From Priapulus caudatus (lineage: Eukaryota): 34,358 nucleotides of DNA. Position 1 is the stretch's first letter. Each line of letters opens with the position of its first letter. This document shows positions 1-11,914 of the stretch, one piece after another. A model generated the notes under the pieces. The model did not search any database, had not been told where the DNA came from, and was given only the letters and a program-made list of their open reading frames with translations. The stretch is taken from positions 578,032 to 612,389 of the forward strand of contig NW_014577083.1 in assembly GCF_000485595.1 (NCBI RefSeq). The letters are read 5' to 3'. Made by a program: the position numbers and the translations under genes.

Positions 1-702
1 TATATATATATCCCGATCGTATATGATTACTTTTATTTACATATATTTTATTATGTTAACCGTTATATCACGTGATACCATATGTAACGTTTTCCGTTAT
101 ACCATAGTTAACGGACACGCGTGCAAAAAACGACTTGCATCGCTATCATAATCATTCATATGCATACAGGAGCTATTTGCATGGAGCATGGGGTTAGAAT
201 ATGGAGAGGGAGAGAGGGGTAAGAGGGTGACTCAGCGCGTGGAGAGTAAGAGAGGGAGAGAGAGAGCGCGCTCGAGAAAGAGATAGAGCGAAAAAGTAAG
301 GGGTCGCGCGTGCAGAGAAGGAGAGAGAGAGTTACCGAGAAGAGAGAGGGCGATGCAGAGTTAGAATTATACATAGAGAGAAAGGTGGGGGGGGGAGCAA
401 CGAGCGCGCTAATGAATGCCTCAATTACGTGTCCTGCGTGGAAACGCTTTCATCGTTGCTACCCTCGGTATCCGCATAAAAACGAGAAGAAGAAGCAGCA
501 GCAGCATCGGCGAGCGACGAACCGATCGTTACGCGTGTGTGTGTGTGTGTGTGTGTGGATCGATGACGGACGAGCAGACTGCCTCGCGCGTGATCTAACA
601 ACAACGCGCACGCGACACACAAGCGACGACGACGACGACGACGATGATGACGACGATGATGATGATAATGATGACGATGATTATGACGACGACGACGATG
701 AT

Positions 703-734
<32 letters not shown>

Positions 735-1205
735 TGACGACGACGACGATGACGATGACGACGATGATGATAACGACGACGATAATGAAGACGATGATGA
801 TGACGACGACGATGACGACGACGGCGATGACGACGACGACAACGATGACGACGATGATGACGACGAGGAAGACGCACAAGCAGAGCGTCGCAGACTCATC
901 AACGCCGCATCCTCCGCGCTCATTAGCACCGACCGCGGCTCTCATTTTCTCGCGCGCGAATTTAAATACGCGTCGCCCGTGAGTAGGCCGGGCCTGCAAG
1001 CGGATCGCAACATGACCCACACTATTGACGGTCAGCCGCTGGCAATTATTCGTGCGACAATGCCTCTGTCAGTCACACGCGCCTCGGCTCGAATTTTAGC
1101 AGAATCGGCGGCGCGTCGACAATGCGATGTCTCACTTATTAAAACGATTAACGAGCAGAACGAACAGAATACCGGTAATCCTGCTCCCTCCGTGCGCTCT
1201 CAGAG
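1..1205 (+). repeat. Clean copy (copy 1) of a ~1.2-kb segment repeated at ~2930-4210
   Basis: Collinear match by eye: tcccgatcgtatatgattac at ~11 vs cccgatccggtatatgatgtac at ~2941, through ctccgtgcgctctcagagc at ~1188-1206 vs ctccgtggcgctctatcagagc at ~4191-4212. Confidence 0.97.
625..873 (+). repeat. Mixed (GAC/GAT)n trinucleotide microsatellite, 83 triplets
   Basis: In-phase GAY run with occasional AAY, TAT, GAA, GGC and GAG variants. It generates the poly-D, poly-T/M, poly-S, poly-H/R and poly-V/I ORFs. Confidence 0.97.
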
Positions 1206-1208
1206 CAA

Positions 1209-1210
<2 letters not shown>

Positions 1211-1250
<40 letters not shown>

Positions 1251-1261
1251 GTGTGTGTGTG
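1211..1261 (+). repeat. (GT)n microsatellite at the point where copy 1 and copy 2 diverge
   Basis: Near-perfect GT run with one GC interruption. Confidence 0.97.
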
Positions 1262-2047
1262 ACACAACTACTCATCCGCGCATTCGCAGTTACCCGTGCG
1301 AAATATGGCTCTTTTGCGATAGACTAAATGACCTACAAGCAGCCTCCACCTTCCAGCGCCCAGAGGTTGTTGTGCTTCAGTCAACATTAAAGCAATTAAC
1401 TCTATCCGATATATGCTGCGCTGTCAGCGACAGTCGCTACCGATCTATGCTCGCCGTCGCAAAACAATGCTAAAACATGTGTACAATGCATTACACAAAG
1501 GAAACGAGTGGTTTGCTTGATTGAATCTCAATCAATGCTTTACACCTCCTGCGCCAGGCGGGCCGCAGTTGTTTCACGTGTACGGTATGCTATTCGCTAC
1601 TGACAACTTAATGGCTTTTTGTTGAAAAGAAATCAAGTGAGCGCAGAACAAGGGAACTGTTTCGAATTCATTCATAAATGCTAGCAAAGAATCAGCGTAA
1701 TAGCAGTTGTGGCTGGCGCCTCTGTGCGCGAATTGATTTCAATAAACTCAAAAGCAAAATCCAAATTTGCGTGTCTGCATGCCCCCCCGGCGAAAATAAC
1801 AACAGCATTTTTTGCTTTGTGTGAGATTTTATTCGAATTTAGATTAAAACGAAAATCTTATTTTAGCTCACACAGATATTATTTCTATCATTTTGTGAGC
1901 ATTCCCCTAAAAGTCCATTAGGCAGAATGACATTTTATAAAGGCGAGCACAGTGGAATGAGTGTGGTTTACTCAGGTGTGAGACCTCGATGCACTCTATT
2001 CTATTCTCCCTGTACAAACATTGTCTAACAGGTGAAGGTGTACATAC

Positions 2048-2152
2048 CTGACCCAATATTGACTATGTCCTGGTCACTGCCACTGATATATGCTGCCTGT
2101 TTTTACATACTCTGTTTCGCTGACATTTTGCTCCGAAAATAGTGTCTTATAG
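2048..2152 (-). other. Candidate non-coding exon B (105 bp)
   Basis: Minus-strand acceptor ttttttctgcatttccccttcaaattcccgtag| and donor CAG|gtatgt. All three frames contain a stop. Confidence 0.3.
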
Positions 2153-2432
2153 CTACGGGAATTTGAAGGGGAAATGCAGAAAAAATCGTCGACGTGCTAC
2201 GAGCACGAATGCATCTCTGCATACATCTATCTATCTGGCTGGCTTTAGCAGTTATCATTCACTCGCTAGCATGCTAGTATTGAGGAACGCGCATACGCAT
2301 ACGGTTACGGCATTGTAAGTGAAGAGCCAGATGGTGCGAGTACAGGCTTCTTTACTCCAAGACAGCCTACATTCCTATTGAAATTGGCGCGTGCCTTGGC
2401 AACATTACAAGTTGTCGGCATCTCACACTTAC

Positions 2433-2584
2433 CAACTCTAGCTAATGCAGGGCAGCTTGAATTACATCGAGACGTCGAACTTGCACACATAATCGAAGGT
2501 TGCGATAGTTATGTTCCTGATCATGCAGAGATGTTGTCCAGTATAGGGTCCGACAAAACCTTTGCTGGTTGGTCATACTGTCAA
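2433..2584 (-). other. Candidate non-coding exon A (152 bp)
   Basis: Minus-strand acceptor ttttctctgttcaagtgcttccttatgcag| and donor TTG|gtaagt. All three frames contain a stop. Confidence 0.3.
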
Positions 2585-2726
2585 CTGCATAAGGAAGCAC
2601 TTGAACAGAGAAAACGCATGTTATATACTAGCAGTCTCTGTAATATTGGGGTATAAAACGCTGTTTCTATATACCAATACCAATACAATTTCTTTACCAA
2701 ATTTCGCGTGGCAAAACAACAGGTAC

Positions 2727-2938
2727 CACACGCGCGCGCGCGCAGACACACACACACGCGCACGCACGCATACACATGCACACACACACACACCGCACAC
2801 ACACCACACACACACACACACACAGCACACACACACACACACATACACACGCCATATATTATATATTATATTACTATATAGTATATATATATATATATAT
2901 ATATTTATGATATATAGTATGTATATAGTATATATATA
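2727..2938 (+). repeat. Degenerate (CA/CGCA)n followed by degenerate (AT)n
   Basis: Direct reading. It marks the start of the noisy sequence. Confidence 0.93.
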
Positions 2939-4212
2939 ATCCCGATCCGGTATATGATGTACTTTTATTTAGCATATACTTTGTATTATGTGTAACCGTT
3001 ATAGTCACAGTGATAAGCCATATGTAACGTTTTCCGTTATACGCATAGTTAAACGGACACGCGTGGGCAAAAAGGACGACTTGCGATCTGCTATCATAAT
3101 CATGTCCATATGCCTAGCCGGAGCTATTTGCATTGGAGCGATGGGGTTAAAATATGGAGAGGGAGAGATGGGTAAGAGGTGACTCAGCGCGTGGAGAGTA
3201 CATAGATGGGAGAGAGAGAGCGCGCTCGAGAAAGAGACTAAGAGCGAAAAAGTAAGGGGTCGCGCGTGCAGAGACAGGAGAGGAGAGTTACCGAGAAGAG
3301 AGAGGGGCGATTCAGAGTTAGAATATACATACGAGAGAAAGTGGGGGGGGAGCAACGAGTGCGCGCTAATGATTGCCTCAATTACGTGTCGCTGTGTGAA
3401 ACGCTTTCATCGTGCTACGCTCGTCGCGCGCAATGAAAAACGAGAAGAAGAAGCAGCAGCAGCATGCGCGAGCGACGATACCGATCGTTACGCACGTGCT
3501 GTGTGTGGTGTTGGTGTGTGTGGATCGATGGACGGAGCCGAGCATGACTGCCCTCCGCGCGTGAATCTAACAACAACGCGCACGGCGACAACACAAGCGA
3601 CGACGACGACGACGCCGATGAATGACGATTGATGACGACTAGACGACGATTGATTGACGAACGATGATGATGATAATGATGACGATGATTATGACGCGAC
3701 ACGGATGATGAACGAAACGACGATGAATGAGTAACGACGACAATGACGATGACGACATAACGAGACGACGATAAATAGAACGAATGATGATTGACGACGA
3801 CGACGACGACGGACGGCGATGATCGATGATACTGAGGAGAGACGCCACAAGCAGAGCGTCGCAGACTGCATCAACGCCGCATCCTCCGCGCTCATTAGCA
3901 CCGACCGCGCTCTCATGTTTCTCGGCAGCGCGAATTTAAATACGCGTCGCACCGCGTGAAGTAGGCGCGGGCCTGCAAGCGATCGGCAAACGATGACCAC
4001 ACTATTGACGGTCAGGCCCGCTGGCAATTATTCGTTGCGACAATGGCCTCTGGTCAAGTCACAGCGCGCCTCGGCTCGAATTTTAGCAGAATCTGTGCGG
4101 CGCGTCGACAATGGCGATGTCCTCACTTATTAAACGATTAATCGAGCAGAACGAACAGGAGACTCAAGAATACCGGATAATCACCTGCTCCTCCGTGGCG
4201 CTCTATCAGAGC
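2930..4212 (+). repeat. Noisy copy (copy 2) of bases 1-1205, probably unpolished long-read sequence
   Basis: Differences from copy 1 are mostly scattered 1-2-nt insertions, with some deletions, rather than substitutions. Confidence 0.95.
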
Positions 4213-5840
4213 CCCTGTTGCAGTAATTCCCACTCCCTCCTCAGCTCTCCTCCCCATCCCATCCACCTCTCCCCTCCTCCCCTCTCTCCTCCCCACCCTC
4301 CCTCGCTCACCCCTCCCTCCTCCTTTCCCCTGCTCCCACCCCCTCCCCTTCTCCAACCTGCCCTCCTCCCCTCTTCCCCGCCCATCCCTGCCCCTCTCCA
4401 CACCCCTACCTCGCTCCCCTCTCACCGCTGCTCCACCCTCCCTTCTCCACCCGCTCCCCTGTTCTCACACCCCTCCCCTCCTCCACCCGCCCCTCTCACC
4501 CTCCCCACCCTCCCCTCCTCCACCCTCCCCCTCCTCCAACCCCTTCCCCTTTTGCAGCCCTCCCCTTTCTCCACCCCTCTCCTCCTCCCGCTCTTTTCCC
4601 CCCCTTCTCCCTTCTGTGCCTACTCACAGCAATGTTAAGTAGCCTGCACGCAATCTCCAACTGCTCAACCCTCCCGCTCCTCCAACCCCTCCCCCTCTCT
4701 TTCCACCTCCCCCTCCTCTTCTCCACCCCTCCCCTCCTCACCCACCCCGTTCTCCACCCCTCCCCTCCTTCCCGTGCGCTCACAGCAATTGGTTAGTACC
4801 TGCACGTCCCTCCCCTTCTCCACCCCTCCCCGCTTCCCAAGTCGCTCACACCAGCAATGTTAGACAGGGTGCACCCCCGTTCCCCTCCTCCACAGCTCGT
4901 CCTCATCCATCCCTCGCCTCCGTCCACCCTCCCCCTCCTCCAACCGTACCTTCTCCTCCACCCTCCTCTCCTCCACCCCTCCCTCCTCCACCGCCTCCCC
5001 TCCTCCACCCTCCCTTTCTCGCCACCGGCCTCCCCTCCTCCCCCGTGCGCTCACCAGCAATGTTAGCACGACCTGCACCCCTCCCATTCTCCACCCTCCC
5101 TCCCCACCCTCCCCTCCTCCACCCCTCCCTTCTGCCACATAGCCTAGCTCAGACCTCCCCTGCCTCCGCCTCCTCTCCCCCACCCTCCTCCTCCTCCACC
5201 CTCCAAAACCCTCCTCCACCCTCCCTCCTCCACCCCTCTCAATCCTCACATGCCCTCCCCTCCTCCACTCCTCCGCTCATCCACTCTCTCCCGTCCTCCA
5301 ACCCCTCCCCTCCTCCACCCCTCCCCTGCCTCCACCCATCCCCTCCTCCAACCCCTCCCCCCTCCCCTTCTCCCTCATCTCCACCCTCGGCCCTCCTCCC
5401 ACCCTGCCGCTCCTCCCCCGTGGCGCTCACAGCAATGTTAAGTGCCTCCATCCTCCCCTCCTCCACTCCTCCCCTCTCCACCTTCCTCTCCTCCACCCCT
5501 CCTCCCCCCTTCTCCCCTCCTCTCCCCTCCCCTCCTCCCCCGTGCGCGTCACACAAATGTTAGTACCGTGCCCACCACCTCCTCTCCTCACCCCTCCCTC
5601 CTCACCCCTCCCTCCCTCCCCGTTCTGCTCCACAGCAATGTTAGCACCTGCACCCTCCCCCTCCTCCGACCTCGTGCGTCCCACAGCCAATGTTAGCTAC
5701 CTGCAACCCCTTCCCTCTCCACCTCCCCTCCTCTGTGCTCAGAGCAATGTGAATACTCCCACCCACTTCTTCCTGCTCCCTCGCTGCGATTCTGAGTTAC
5801 ACACCTCCCCTTCCTTCCCCTCCCCCTCCCCGCCGCCTTA
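4191..5840 (+). repeat. Nested C/T-rich minisatellite: anchor ~CCGTGCGCTCACAGCAATGTTAGCACCTGCA separated by variable numbers of ~CCCTCCCCTCCTCCA subunits
   Basis: Anchor cores near 4627, 4783, 4852, 5055, 5430, 5552, 5633, 5684 and 5742, plus a degenerate first unit at ~4191-4225. Confidence 0.9.
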
Positions 5841-5879
5841 CTGCGCACTGGACATATCATCTTTCTTTACTTCCGCGTG

Positions 5880-6332
5880 GCGCGCACACACGCACCACTC
5901 ACCACACAACACAAGATTACACGTTCGTCGCGGTGCAGGAACACAACACACACACACACACACAACACGCGCGCGCGCCGCGCGGCGGCGCGACACACAC
6001 CACACACCAGCACAGCAACACGCGCACAACGCACACGCACACAGAGCCGACACGCACACCACACGCAACAGTTGCACACGCACACGCACACGCACACCCT
6101 GCGCGACACCACACGCCGACACGACGCACCCGCACCGCACACGCACACACGCACCAACGCACCGCACACGCACACAGCACACGCGCATGCAACACAGGCA
6201 CACACACACACACACACACACAACACACACACACTGACACACACACACACCGCCGCGACGCACGCACGCACGCACGCACGCACACCGCACGACCACCGCT
6301 GGCACGTCGACCACACAGACACAAATCACACA
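5880..6332 (+). repeat. Highly degenerate (CA)/(CGCA)n tract
   Basis: Direct reading; noisy. Confidence 0.9.
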
Positions 6333-6465
6333 GATATAGTACCGAGTTTTTGCGGTATGACGCCCCCATGCATCAATCGTGCCTCTAAATAGAGACGGTA
6401 ACTATAGGGCCGAGTATTCTAATAGCGAGGTGTAGGTCCTGCACCATTTTTACTATCTACGTGAG

Positions 6466-6470
<5 letters not shown>

Positions 6471-6510
<40 letters not shown>

Positions 6511-6523
6511 TAGATAGATAGAT
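6471..6523 (+). repeat. Compound (TA)n(GATA)n microsatellite
   Basis: Direct reading. Confidence 0.95.
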
Positions 6524-7646
6524 ATTGTTAGCTATTTTGCTGACGTGTATAATATGAGTCTACCGTACCGTAGGTAAAAAAAGACATAGCTACACACATC
6601 AGTGAAATATTTCGTTCGTGGCATTGTCATCCAAACTTATACAACAGTGTTCTTACGATTTATTTTCCTGCATACTATAATATTTGCGCATGCCGTATTT
6701 ACGCATAGAGCGCACATAACGCTGCATACCCAAATTTCAGCTCGAAATCTTCGCCAATCGTGAATTTCAGCTTATTGTATGCTAGGTGGCGCTTGGAGAC
6801 ATTTTCTGAGAAAAACTGAGGACTGTCAAATCACAGATTGATCGCCTTCACGATGTACTGTTCGTAGGGTTATGTCGCCGTATATTTATAATTATTATTT
6901 TATTGCGTTTAAACGATGGATATTTATGGATCATAGAAAAAATGCCCTAACAGATATATTCCAGAATGTTGAAATTACAGCGCATTGTAATAATGCTTTG
7001 ATAACTAGGACCTACAAAGAGCTCACTCCGTCCCTACAGGGCAGCATAGCATCCAACATCTTAAATCCACCATTATGGAACACATCTTGGAACATTTTTT
7101 TCTACAAAATATACATTGTATAAATGCAATAATATAAAAATTATAAATATTAGGCTTTCTTTTGTTGGTTCATATATATTAACTAGTCAGGAACCAATAG
7201 ATTAAAAAAAACTCTCCCAAACTGACCAGAGTAGAACTTGGACTTGACTTGCGCTACTATCTAATGAGAAAGGGATTCGCCGCAAATTAGCACTTGAAAA
7301 TATTATTGTTGATTTTTCAGCTAACACGAAAACACAATCTCTAATATTTGCGTGAATCCTTTTTGATTTTGGGAAAAAATTACCTCGGGCAATATATTTG
7401 TAGCACTTTTACCGCACAAGTCCAGAACACTACGCACGCGTGATGTGCCCGTGGATAGATCTACCTCATAAAGACGTATAGTATATATAGTAGATTGTAT
7501 ATAGTAGATATAAAGGCCTAGAAATTTAGTTATTGTCCCACGATTTACCGATGCAAAACTTGTAAAATAGCACACCCGTTTATCATGGCGTAGGCCTATA
7601 TATGTTTCTGTCTATATCCAATCACGGGACGGTTTCAGTATGGCGT

Positions 7647-7673
7647 ACACACACACGCAAGCACACACGCACG

Positions 7674-7733
<60 letters not shown>

Positions 7734-7821
7734 TAGACACATACAGATACACACACACGTGCGTGCATGCACGTACATACATACAAACACACATACGCGC
7801 GCGCGCACACTCGCACACACA
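7647..7821 (+). repeat. (CA)n/(CGCA)n microsatellite with degenerate flanks
   Basis: Direct reading. Confidence 0.95.
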
Positions 7822-8010
7822 GTATAACGTGATTTAGCTGGCAAAATTGAGTTGAGTTTCAACGGCAAATTAGAGCTGCATGGGCCAAATTAAACTAATT
7901 TAAATATTCTTACAACAAGATATTTCTTGCTGCATTCACAGTGCCAATTACTTTAACAAGGTTCGCTTAATTAAAATTAAAATAATTTCACATGATTGTG
8001 GAATGCAGAC
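7822..8010. promoter_or_regulatory. AT-rich island with clustered homeodomain cores (candidate enhancer or conserved non-coding element)
   Basis: caaattag, caaattaaactaattt, ccaattac and cttaattaaaattaaaataatt within ~130 bp. Motif evidence only. Confidence 0.3.
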
Positions 8011-9309
8011 GCACGCAGGCACGACCGGAGACGGCATGCTAATTTTGCGACCACGCGACCACTTTCTTGTTTTGTCGAGCTATTTTGCGGGGCTCGATAG
8101 GCTATTTTGTTCTCTTAAATTTATAAGACTTGTAATTTAAATTCGCTTATTCTAATGGTAATTTTGGCTGCCACCGCGCCTTTCGTCTGCAGTACGTGGC
8201 ACCATGCATCTGCTGCGTCTTCGATGCATGGCCGGACGCTGCGTGATCAATATTTAATTAAAGATGCGGAGCCTAGCTCTTCCTGACCGGACTCGCTGCA
8301 GTTTGCGCTAATTTCTTTTCGTGAAATATTTATGTATAAATCTTACGTTAACGCGCAACGGCTGGTCACGAATAAGCAAGACATCGCCAGCGGAAGCGAC
8401 GAAACGACATTACCGGATACGACGTGACGAATTTCTGACTGTCGCATATATGCTATAATATCGTCGAGAATAATCTTCGGACGTATAACAGATTATAGAT
8501 ATATAATTATATGTATTATAGACATATAATATAAGAATTATAGTATCGTTTCTATTAGATTGTCGACGCGCATGCGTATAACATTCCACCGACCAGCGAA
8601 CGCGTAATTATTGACTTGCGTGAAACTGACAGAAAGTTCTAGGACGAGTCTTTAAGAAAATATTTCTGACGTCTTGCATGTTAGGTGCCCTCCGAATAGA
8701 CTGTGGGGTAAAAGTAGATTGTATCTTCCTGCGTTGTGTGTGGCAGTTTAAAATAAATAGTACACAATGAATGGGTAGATATACTTTTGGTTTGATAATA
8801 ATCATATTAGACAGAGATGATATACAGAAATAGTTCATGGGCCCTGGTAAAGAGAAAATCCACTAAATACATCAATCTAATGACTGCAACCAAATCTTGC
8901 ACCAAATGGTTTCAATTACTCCTGCGCCGTATCTCTGCCGGTAAAACTCCGTGGTAGTATAATACTCTCGGGTCGGTCGCGGGCTTGATGTGGAAGTAAT
9001 AGCGATGCGACAGCTTCCGCCAATACAGTTGTAAATTGATACGCACTCCCACACAAACACGTACGTAGATTTTCTGGTTTTTTGCTTTCTCTCGCCGTCT
9101 CTATCTGTCTACGCCTCTCTATTTTCATCTTTCTCTTGTTCCCTATTTCATCCCTCCGCCTATTACCGTGCGCAACCCGTGTATTCCCCCAACCGCAACT
9201 TTCCCGTATTCTTGTATCTCATTGAATATCTCCCTCTCCCCTCTACCTTCTCCCCATCCTTCTCTTCCTATCTCTCCTCTTCTCTTTTTTTGCTTCTCTC
9301 CTATTCTTA

Positions 9310-9830
9310 ACGAATTCCACCGCGGCTCGTCGCGCGTGAGTGTAAAACGCGGGGTGTCGATTCTCTCGGGAGATCGGGGAGTAGGGTCGCATCGGCTCTA
9401 TAATTTCATGCGTCCCAGCCGACAAACGAGCATCCGCAGCGTCCGCGGCCGGTGTTGTCTTACTGACGTGCCGCACGCTCGTCGGCACACCGGCTCACGT
9501 TTCATCCGCTACCTGCGCGCGCCGGCGGCATCGTTTGATCTGCATCCCGATTGGCCGCCTGAGCCCGCGCACTGGTTAAAGAGAAACGCGAGCGTGTTTA
9601 TTTCATCAATCGCGTAACAGTCGTGTCATAGCCAATTGATGGCGCCGATGCAGTACGATCGCGGCGCGGGCCATTAACCGTATTAATTTAGTATCGAATT
9701 TCAGGGCATCGGTGTAATTGAGACGTGTTGACGGATGGGACTCGGTCCGGTGGGATGGCCGCTTGTTTCGCAGACGATGATCCGCGAACTGAGCATTATT
9801 TGATGTGGTGGTGGCGACGCGCGAGGACGA
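9310..9830. promoter_or_regulatory. CpG-rich unique island with CCAAT, forkhead and homeodomain-like motifs
   Basis: ccgattggcc (~9547), tgtttattt (~9595), ccaattgatgg, ccattaac, tattaattt and gtaattga. Confidence 0.3.
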
Positions 9831-9904
9831 TACGAATTATTTACATTTTTTTAATTTTGTAAATATCGACGACGCGTTCAGACCTAAGAGAAGTGCTTTT
9901 AACC

Positions 9905-11900
9905 TATGTTCGTATGTATGTATGAATGAATGAATGCCTATGATGTTAATGTATGTAGTAGGTAGTATGTATGGTATGTTATGTATGATGGATGGATGTA
10001 TGTATGTAGTATTGTATGCTATCTAGGTATCTGTATGTATGAGTATGTAATGTACTGTATGTACGTATGTAGTCATGTATGTACTGTATGCTATGATATG
10101 TACTGTAGGATGTATGTATGTATGTATGATGTATGATATAGTAATGTATGTATGTAGTAGTATTATGTATGTATGTATGTATGAGTAATGTCATGTATGT
10201 AATGATACTGTAGATGTATGATAGGAGTATATGTATGTATGGAAGTAATGTATGTATGTTCTTATGTATGGATAGATGTTGTATGTATGTATTGTCGGAT
10301 AGTATGTAAGTATGTATGTATGTATGTATGAGTATGTATGTATAATATAGTATGTAGTGTACTTGATCGTATGATGTATGTTATATAGTATGTAGTATGT
10401 AATGTATGTATGTCATGTTTATGTATTGTATGTGATGTCATGTATGCATCGTCATGTAATGTTGTCATGCTATGTTAGATATTAATGTATGTAATGTATG
10501 TAATGTAGATATGTAGTAGACGTATGTATGTCAGATGTATCGTAGTATATAGTAGTATAGGATGTATGTATGTATCGTAGTATGTCATGTATTGTAGATA
10601 ATGTATGTATGATGTGGTATTAATATGATGATATGTCTGTCATGTTTATAGTAATGATTACGTATGTATTATCGTATGTTAAGTATGTAGGAGGATGTAG
10701 TACTGTATGTGATTATGTATGTATCGTTATGTACTGTAGTAATGTCATGAGTAGTACTGTTTAGGTATGTAATGTATGGTAGTAATGTATGTATATAGTA
10801 TGTCATGTCATGTATGTTGCTATGTATGTATGATGTATGTATGTATGTTATGTTATGTATGTATTATGTATGTAGTATGTATCGTATGTAGTTTGTTATT
10901 ATGGTATGTATGTATGTATGATGTATTGTATGTATGTATTTATGTATGTATATGTATCTTGATATGTAATGTAGTATGTACTTATGTAGTATGATATGTT
11001 GTATGTTATCTATGTATGTAATGTATGTATTACTGATGTATGTACTGTATGTATGTATGTAGATTTGGAATTATGAATGAGATGATATGTATATGTAGAT
11101 TTTGTATGTAGTTCACTAGATGTACTGTTGGAGTATTGTAGCCATAGTATTATGTAGTTTGTATGTATGCATGTATGTACATGTACTGAGTATGTAGTGT
11201 TATGTAGTAATAATGTTGATGTATTTGCTATTGAGTAGTAATGACTGATATGATGTAAATCGTTATGTCACTGTACTGTATGTATGTATGATGTAATGGA
11301 TGTCTATGTATGTATGATAGTATGTGATGCCTATGTAATGATGTACGGTATGTAACTGTAGTGTAAGTGTAATGATATGTAAGTATCGTATGTATTTATG
11401 TATGCTTGTAATGCTATTTGTATGTATGTATGTATGTATGCATGTATGTTGTCATGTGATGAATGTATGTATCGTATGTAATGTAAGCTGTATGTAAGTA
11501 TGTATGTATGATCAGTGTATATGTTAGTAATGTATGCTATGTACTGTAATAGTATGTATGTATGTTAATGTATCGTATGACTGCATGCATGCATGCATGC
11601 TGCATGCATTGCATGCATCTGCATGGATGATGAATGTACTGTAGGTTATGTAGGTATGTATTTATGTATATACTGTATGTATGTATGTATGTATGTATTG
11701 TCATGTATGTATTATTATGTAATTAGTATGTATTATGTATGATGCTATGTATGGCTATCTGAGTAGTATGGATGTATGTATCGTTATGTATTGTATGTCA
11801 ACTGCTATGTATGTATGTATGTATGATATGTATGTATGTATGTAGTGTATGTATGTATGTATTATGTAGTGTATGTATGATATGCGTATGTATGATACGC
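9905..11900 (+). repeat. ~2-kb degenerate (TATG)n array with an internal (TGCA)n patch at ~11582-11625
   Basis: TATG periodicity with dense indel noise. Confidence 0.93.
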
Positions 11901-11914
11901 TAGTTACAGTACCG

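Noticed and set aside
310..1473. 387-aa ORF with poly-Asp (acidic or biomineralisation-like protein)
   Set aside because: GTG start, no signal peptide, and it reads through GA-rich, (TG)n and (GAY)n repeats. The length is explained by stop-free repeats.
2048..2152. Selenoprotein exon (single in-frame TGA)
   Set aside because: No recognisable selenoprotein motif, the phase is incompatible with the upstream candidate exon, and no SECIS was identified.
4191..5840. CRISPR-like repeat-spacer array
   Set aside because: Spacers are themselves C/T repeats of very uneven length, there are no cas genes, and the context is eukaryotic.
4111..6392. Pro-rich (extensin-like), Gly/Arg-rich and His/Thr-rich ORFs
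   Set aside because: Translations of noisy satellite sequence, open in many frames on both strands.
6778..6793. CTCF-like core TAGGTGGCGCT
   Set aside because: Lacks the 5' CC of the consensus; a single partial match.
7937..7964. 12-RSS-like signal CACAGTG-12 nt-ACAAGGTTC
   Set aside because: Nonamer matches only 5/9 and lacks the A-tract; no V/J segment or partner signal.
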